NCBI GenBank assembly: GCA_949286215.1
Contig: CASDYX010000001.1
Coordinates: forward strand, 8,530 to 72,529
Length of the DNA: 64,000 bases
Direction of reading: 5' to 3'
DNA from: an uncultured Pseudomonadota bacterium
Lineage (GTDB): Bacteria > Pseudomonadota > Alphaproteobacteria > RF32 > CAG-239
This document shows positions 61,013 to 64,000 of the stretch, one piece after another (the first letter of the stretch is position 1; every line of letters begins with the position of its first letter). The position numbers and the translations under genes were made by a program. The notes under the pieces are model-generated. The model saw only the letters and a list, made by a program, of their open reading frames with translations. It did no database searches and was not told the origin of the DNA.

Positions 61013-63184
61013 ATGAAAAAATTTTTTAAGGTTTTGTTTTTTGTAATTATGGTTTTAATCCTTGGTGTTTTGGGAGGTGGATATTATTTTCTCAAAACAT
61101 TTGATTTAAACGAATATAAAAAATATGCAGAAGATTTGGCCTCTAAAGAATTAGGACGAAAGTTAACCATTAATGGTGAGGCTAGTCTTGGAATTTCTCT
61201 AATCCCAACATTGGTAATTAATGATGTGGAGGTGGCTAATGCTCCTTGGGCGCAATATCCGCAAATGGTTAAAGTAAAACAATTGACGTTGGAATTTGCT
61301 TTGTTGCCGTTGCTCCAAAAGCAAGTGATTATCAATAATATTACACTGAGTGAGCCTGAGGTTTATTTAGAAGTGTCGGCTGAGGGAAAAGAAAACTGGG
61401 TACTGGGCGCTGAAGAAAAGGCTGCGGCAAAAAATTTGCCTGAGCCGAAGATGCCTCAAAAAACAGCTGAAGAGGTTAAGTTGCCCGTTGCTGAAACTTC
61501 ACAAGAGATTGTAAATGCAGAACCTACTCCGGCTAATGCTTTGGTGGCAGGTTTTGCTGCTAAAAACGTTACTATTCAAAATGCAATTTTGATGTTTGAT
61601 GATTTGAAAGCTAAAAGTCAGGTTAATGTGGCAATCAATTCTTTTAATTTGTCTATGAATAGTATGGATGCACCGATTAATATTAGTTTTGATGTGAATT
61701 ATGATCATCAACCCATTATCGGACAGGCGGTTTTAGGCTCTGTTAATGAATTTTTGAAAGCCGAAAATCCTTATGCGGTAGATGTTAATGTGAAGGCTTA
61801 TCAAATTCAGGCAAAAGCCAAAGGTGTGCTTAAAAACATTATGTCCGATATAGGTTATGATTTGGCGGTTAATGTTTATAATCCAGCGGGAAATTTTGGA
61901 GCACCTGAGACTACTTTGATTGCTGATTTGAGCGGGAATACCAAAAACATCAAAGCAGATATTTCTTCTCTAACCGTGGCAGGAAATGTTATTGCCGGTA
62001 TGGTTGAGGCCAATATTAATGCCGCTACGCCATATATCAAAGCTAACTTGAATTCGGCACAAATTGACTTGCAATCCTTTAGCCAAAGTAAGCCAATGGC
62101 TTTGAATTTGCCTGACTTTAGCATTATCGGAACAGCGCAAGCCTCACAGCTTGTTCCTGATGAGAAGGTGCCTTATGAGGTGCTAAATACGCTCAATGCC
62201 GATGTTATTCTCAATGTTAAAAACTTGATTGTTAATGAGGCGGTATCGGCACAAAATGTGGCACTGACGGCTGGTTTGAAAAATGGGGTGCTCAATGTTA
62301 AGCCTTTGGTTTTTGACTTTGGGCAAGGAAATATTGATGCGCAATTAAATGTTGATTCAAAAACACAAAAAATTGTGTTGAAGCTGAACAGCAAAAATAT
62401 TTTGCTCCAAGATTTACACAAAGAATTTGTGGTTGAAGGCCCTAAAGATTTCGGTATTAAATCGGGCGGTCAAACGCAAGTGTTTGCCGATGTTACAACA
62501 CAAGGTGCAACTTATCGCCAGTTGGTGCAAAATCTGAATGGTCAGGTTGTTACAATTGTTGGCGAATCGGTGGTGAATACTGGAAGTTTGCACTTTTTGA
62601 CCGGAAATATTTTAACTCAGCTTTTAAGTATGATTGATTTGAAGGTGAACAAAAATCCTGAAGTTAACTTGCAATGTGCCGTGGTTCGAACTGATTTAGG
62701 CTCTGGAAAAGCTAAGTTCCCGCAAAGTATTGCTATCCAATCTAAACAACTGAATTTGGTTAGCGATGGTGTGATTAATATGGTTAATGACAAAATCAGC
62801 TTTACGGTTACCCCGTCTTTTAGTTTGTCTGATACAAATGTGGCTCAGGCTTTGTCTTCTTTCATTAAGGTTGAGGGGACACTCGAAAATCCTAAAATTT
62901 CTTTAGATGAAAAACAAGCTCTGCAGACTTTAGTCGGTGTGGCAACAACGGGACCAGCTTTTATTGGCTCGCAATTGATTTTGGATAGCGGTAGCAGCCC
63001 GTGTTGGACGGCTTTACAAAAAACACCGTTTGCTAATCAATTTCCGGCTCCAAGCAAAGTTTCAACAATTAAGAATGATGCCGTTAAAGATTCAAAAGCG
63101 GCAGTGAAAGATGCCGGAAAGCAAATTGAAAAAAGTGTACGTGAAATTCGTGATAATTTTAAGATGTTGCTAAAATCTTTTTAG
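61013..63184 (+). CDS. AsmA-family outer-membrane biogenesis protein
   Basis: N-terminal TM anchor, then a long beta-rich periplasmic domain. Start at the ATG with an AAGGGGTAAGAGG RBS. Confidence 0.65.
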   Translation: MKKFFKVLFFVIMVLILGVLGGGYYFLKTFDLNEYKKYAEDLASKELGRKLTINGEASLGISLIPTLVINDVEVANAPWAQYPQMVKVKQLTLEFALLPLLQKQVIINNITLSEPEVYLEVSAEGKENWVLGAEEKAAAKNLPEPKMPQKTAEEVKLPVAETSQEIVNAEPTPANALVAGFAAKNVTIQNAILMFDDLKAKSQVNVAINSFNLSMNSMDAPINISFDVNYDHQPIIGQAVLGSVNEFLKAENPYAVDVNVKAYQIQAKAKGVLKNIMSDIGYDLAVNVYNPAGNFGAPETTLIADLSGNTKNIKADISSLTVAGNVIAGMVEANINAATPYIKANLNSAQIDLQSFSQSKPMALNLPDFSIIGTAQASQLVPDEKVPYEVLNTLNADVILNVKNLIVNEAVSAQNVALTAGLKNGVLNVKPLVFDFGQGNIDAQLNVDSKTQKIVLKLNSKNILLQDLHKEFVVEGPKDFGIKSGGQTQVFADVTTQGATYRQLVQNLNGQVVTIVGESVVNTGSLHFLTGNILTQLLSMIDLKVNKNPEVNLQCAVVRTDLGSGKAKFPQSIAIQSKQLNLVSDGVINMVNDKISFTVTPSFSLSDTNVAQALSSFIKVEGTLENPKISLDEKQALQTLVGVATTGPAFIGSQLILDSGSSPCWTALQKTPFANQFPAPSKVSTIKNDAVKDSKAAVKDAGKQIEKSVREIRDNFKMLLKSF

Positions 63185-63196
63185 GAGAAGTTGTAA

Positions 63197-63697
63197 ATGA
63201 CGACTAATTTTAAGGCTATGGTGAAAGATGTTGCTCAGCATCGAGAAGAAATTATTGAACGTATGGTCAATTTTTCTTTAACTGATACGCTCTTGTTTCG
63301 TAATCCTGATGCGGTGGAGTTGATTGAAGAAGAGCGCAAAGTTTGGGACCCGATTGTTGAATGGGCTAAAGAAAAAATGCAGGCCAAATTTCAGACGACG
63401 GAAAGTTTGGAAGTACCTGTTGAGAATAACGCGTCTTTGCCTCGCTTGCAGGTTTTTTTAGAATCTTTGTCTGATAAAGAATTAGTAGCTTTTTATGAGG
63501 TTTCTAAAATTACTAAATCCGTTCTATTGGCAGCGGCGTTTGTTAAGGGAAAAGTAAATGCCGATGAGGCTTTTAGAGCTGCCTTTTTGGAAGAAATTTG
63601 GCAAGCCGATAAATGGGGGCATGAAGCACTGGCAGATAAACGTCGCGATGAGATTAAACAAGAACTCAAAGATGTGGAAGATTTTTTGAAAGACTAA
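63197..63697 (+). CDS. ATP12-family F1-ATPase assembly chaperone
   Basis: 166 aa. ATP12-like conserved region (LLAAAFVKGKVNADEAFRAAFLEE). Confidence 0.6.
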   Translation: MTTNFKAMVKDVAQHREEIIERMVNFSLTDTLLFRNPDAVELIEEERKVWDPIVEWAKEKMQAKFQTTESLEVPVENNASLPRLQVFLESLSDKELVAFYEVSKITKSVLLAAAFVKGKVNADEAFRAAFLEEIWQADKWGHEALADKRRDEIKQELKDVEDFLKD

Positions 63698-63987
63698 TGC
63701 AAAAAGAAGTTTTTATCAAAATTAAAGGTCGCGTTCAAGGTATTGGATTTCGTTGGTGGGCAGTGAAAACCGCCAATGAAATCGGTGGGTTGTCCGGCTG
63801 GGTGCATAATGAGGCTGACGGCTCGGTTGAGATAATGATGCGCGGCGAAGAAGAAAAAATTGATGAAATGGTGTTGGCATGCCATTCGGGACCGCCTTTG
63901 GCAAGAGTTGATTCCGTCTCCTTTGTGGTGGGCAGATGGTCTTGCTTTTTGCCCCCGATTGAAGAGGGTGTTTTTAAGCGATTTTAA
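63697..63987 (+). CDS. acyP: acylphosphatase
   Basis: IKGRVQGIGFRWW...GWVHNEADGSVE is the acylphosphatase signature. 96 aa. Confidence 0.75.
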   Translation: MQKEVFIKIKGRVQGIGFRWWAVKTANEIGGLSGWVHNEADGSVEIMMRGEEEKIDEMVLACHSGPPLARVDSVSFVVGRWSCFLPPIEEGVFKRF

Positions 63988-64000
63988 GAGAGTTCGGACT

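Noticed and set aside
1-64000. Search for tRNA/rRNA genes, CRISPR arrays, IS elements or transposases, integrases, and toxin-antitoxin pairs
   Set aside because: No cloverleaf-compatible sequence with a GTTCGAATC-type T-arm was found in intergenic regions. No rRNA-like segments were found. No regularly spaced short repeats were found. No DDE or tyrosine-recombinase ORFs were found. The XRE-HTH gene at 20173 has no adjacent toxin partner.

Overview
This 64-kb window looks like chromosomal backbone from a low-GC (about 38-40% by eye) alphaproteobacterium. An intracellular, Rickettsiales- or Holosporales-like lifestyle is suggested by an AddAB-type (not RecBCD) recombination helicase, a Tim44-like protein, CarD/CdnL, an ATP12 homolog, Sel1- and pentapeptide-repeat proteins and a VirD4-like coupling protein; that placement is inference.

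About 66 coding genes are called, including AddB (3' fragment) and AddA, trxA, rpsF-rpsR-rplI, hslVU, hemW, rimP-nusA-ylxR-infB-rbfA, truB-rpsO-pnp, rplY-pth, ychF, thyA, hslO, recX, truA, rarA, crcB and rluC. No tRNA, rRNA, CRISPR array or transposase was recognised. Hairpin-plus-U-run terminators follow many genes.

Against this conserved backbone several things stand out:
- a GC-rich, in-frame 123-bp tandem repeat (about 2.3 copies) inserted inside truA, just upstream of its catalytic GRTDAGVH motif;
- a divergent, orphan type IV coupling protein (VirD4/TraG family) with no T4SS machinery nearby, sitting next to a pentapeptide-repeat protein and a SPOR-domain lipoprotein;
- a 912-aa secreted cysteine-rich protein with a C-terminal trypsin/HtrA-like domain whose catalytic motifs look non-canonical;
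- small accessory cassettes wedged into normally contiguous operons: three genes between rbfA and truB, three small membrane-protein genes between pnp and rplY, two GT2 glycosyltransferases between pth and ychF, and an orphan gene between ychF and trmL;
- a 56-bp imperfect direct repeat that duplicates the 3' end of trmL.

All calls rest on reading the supplied translations and DNA; no database searches were possible.
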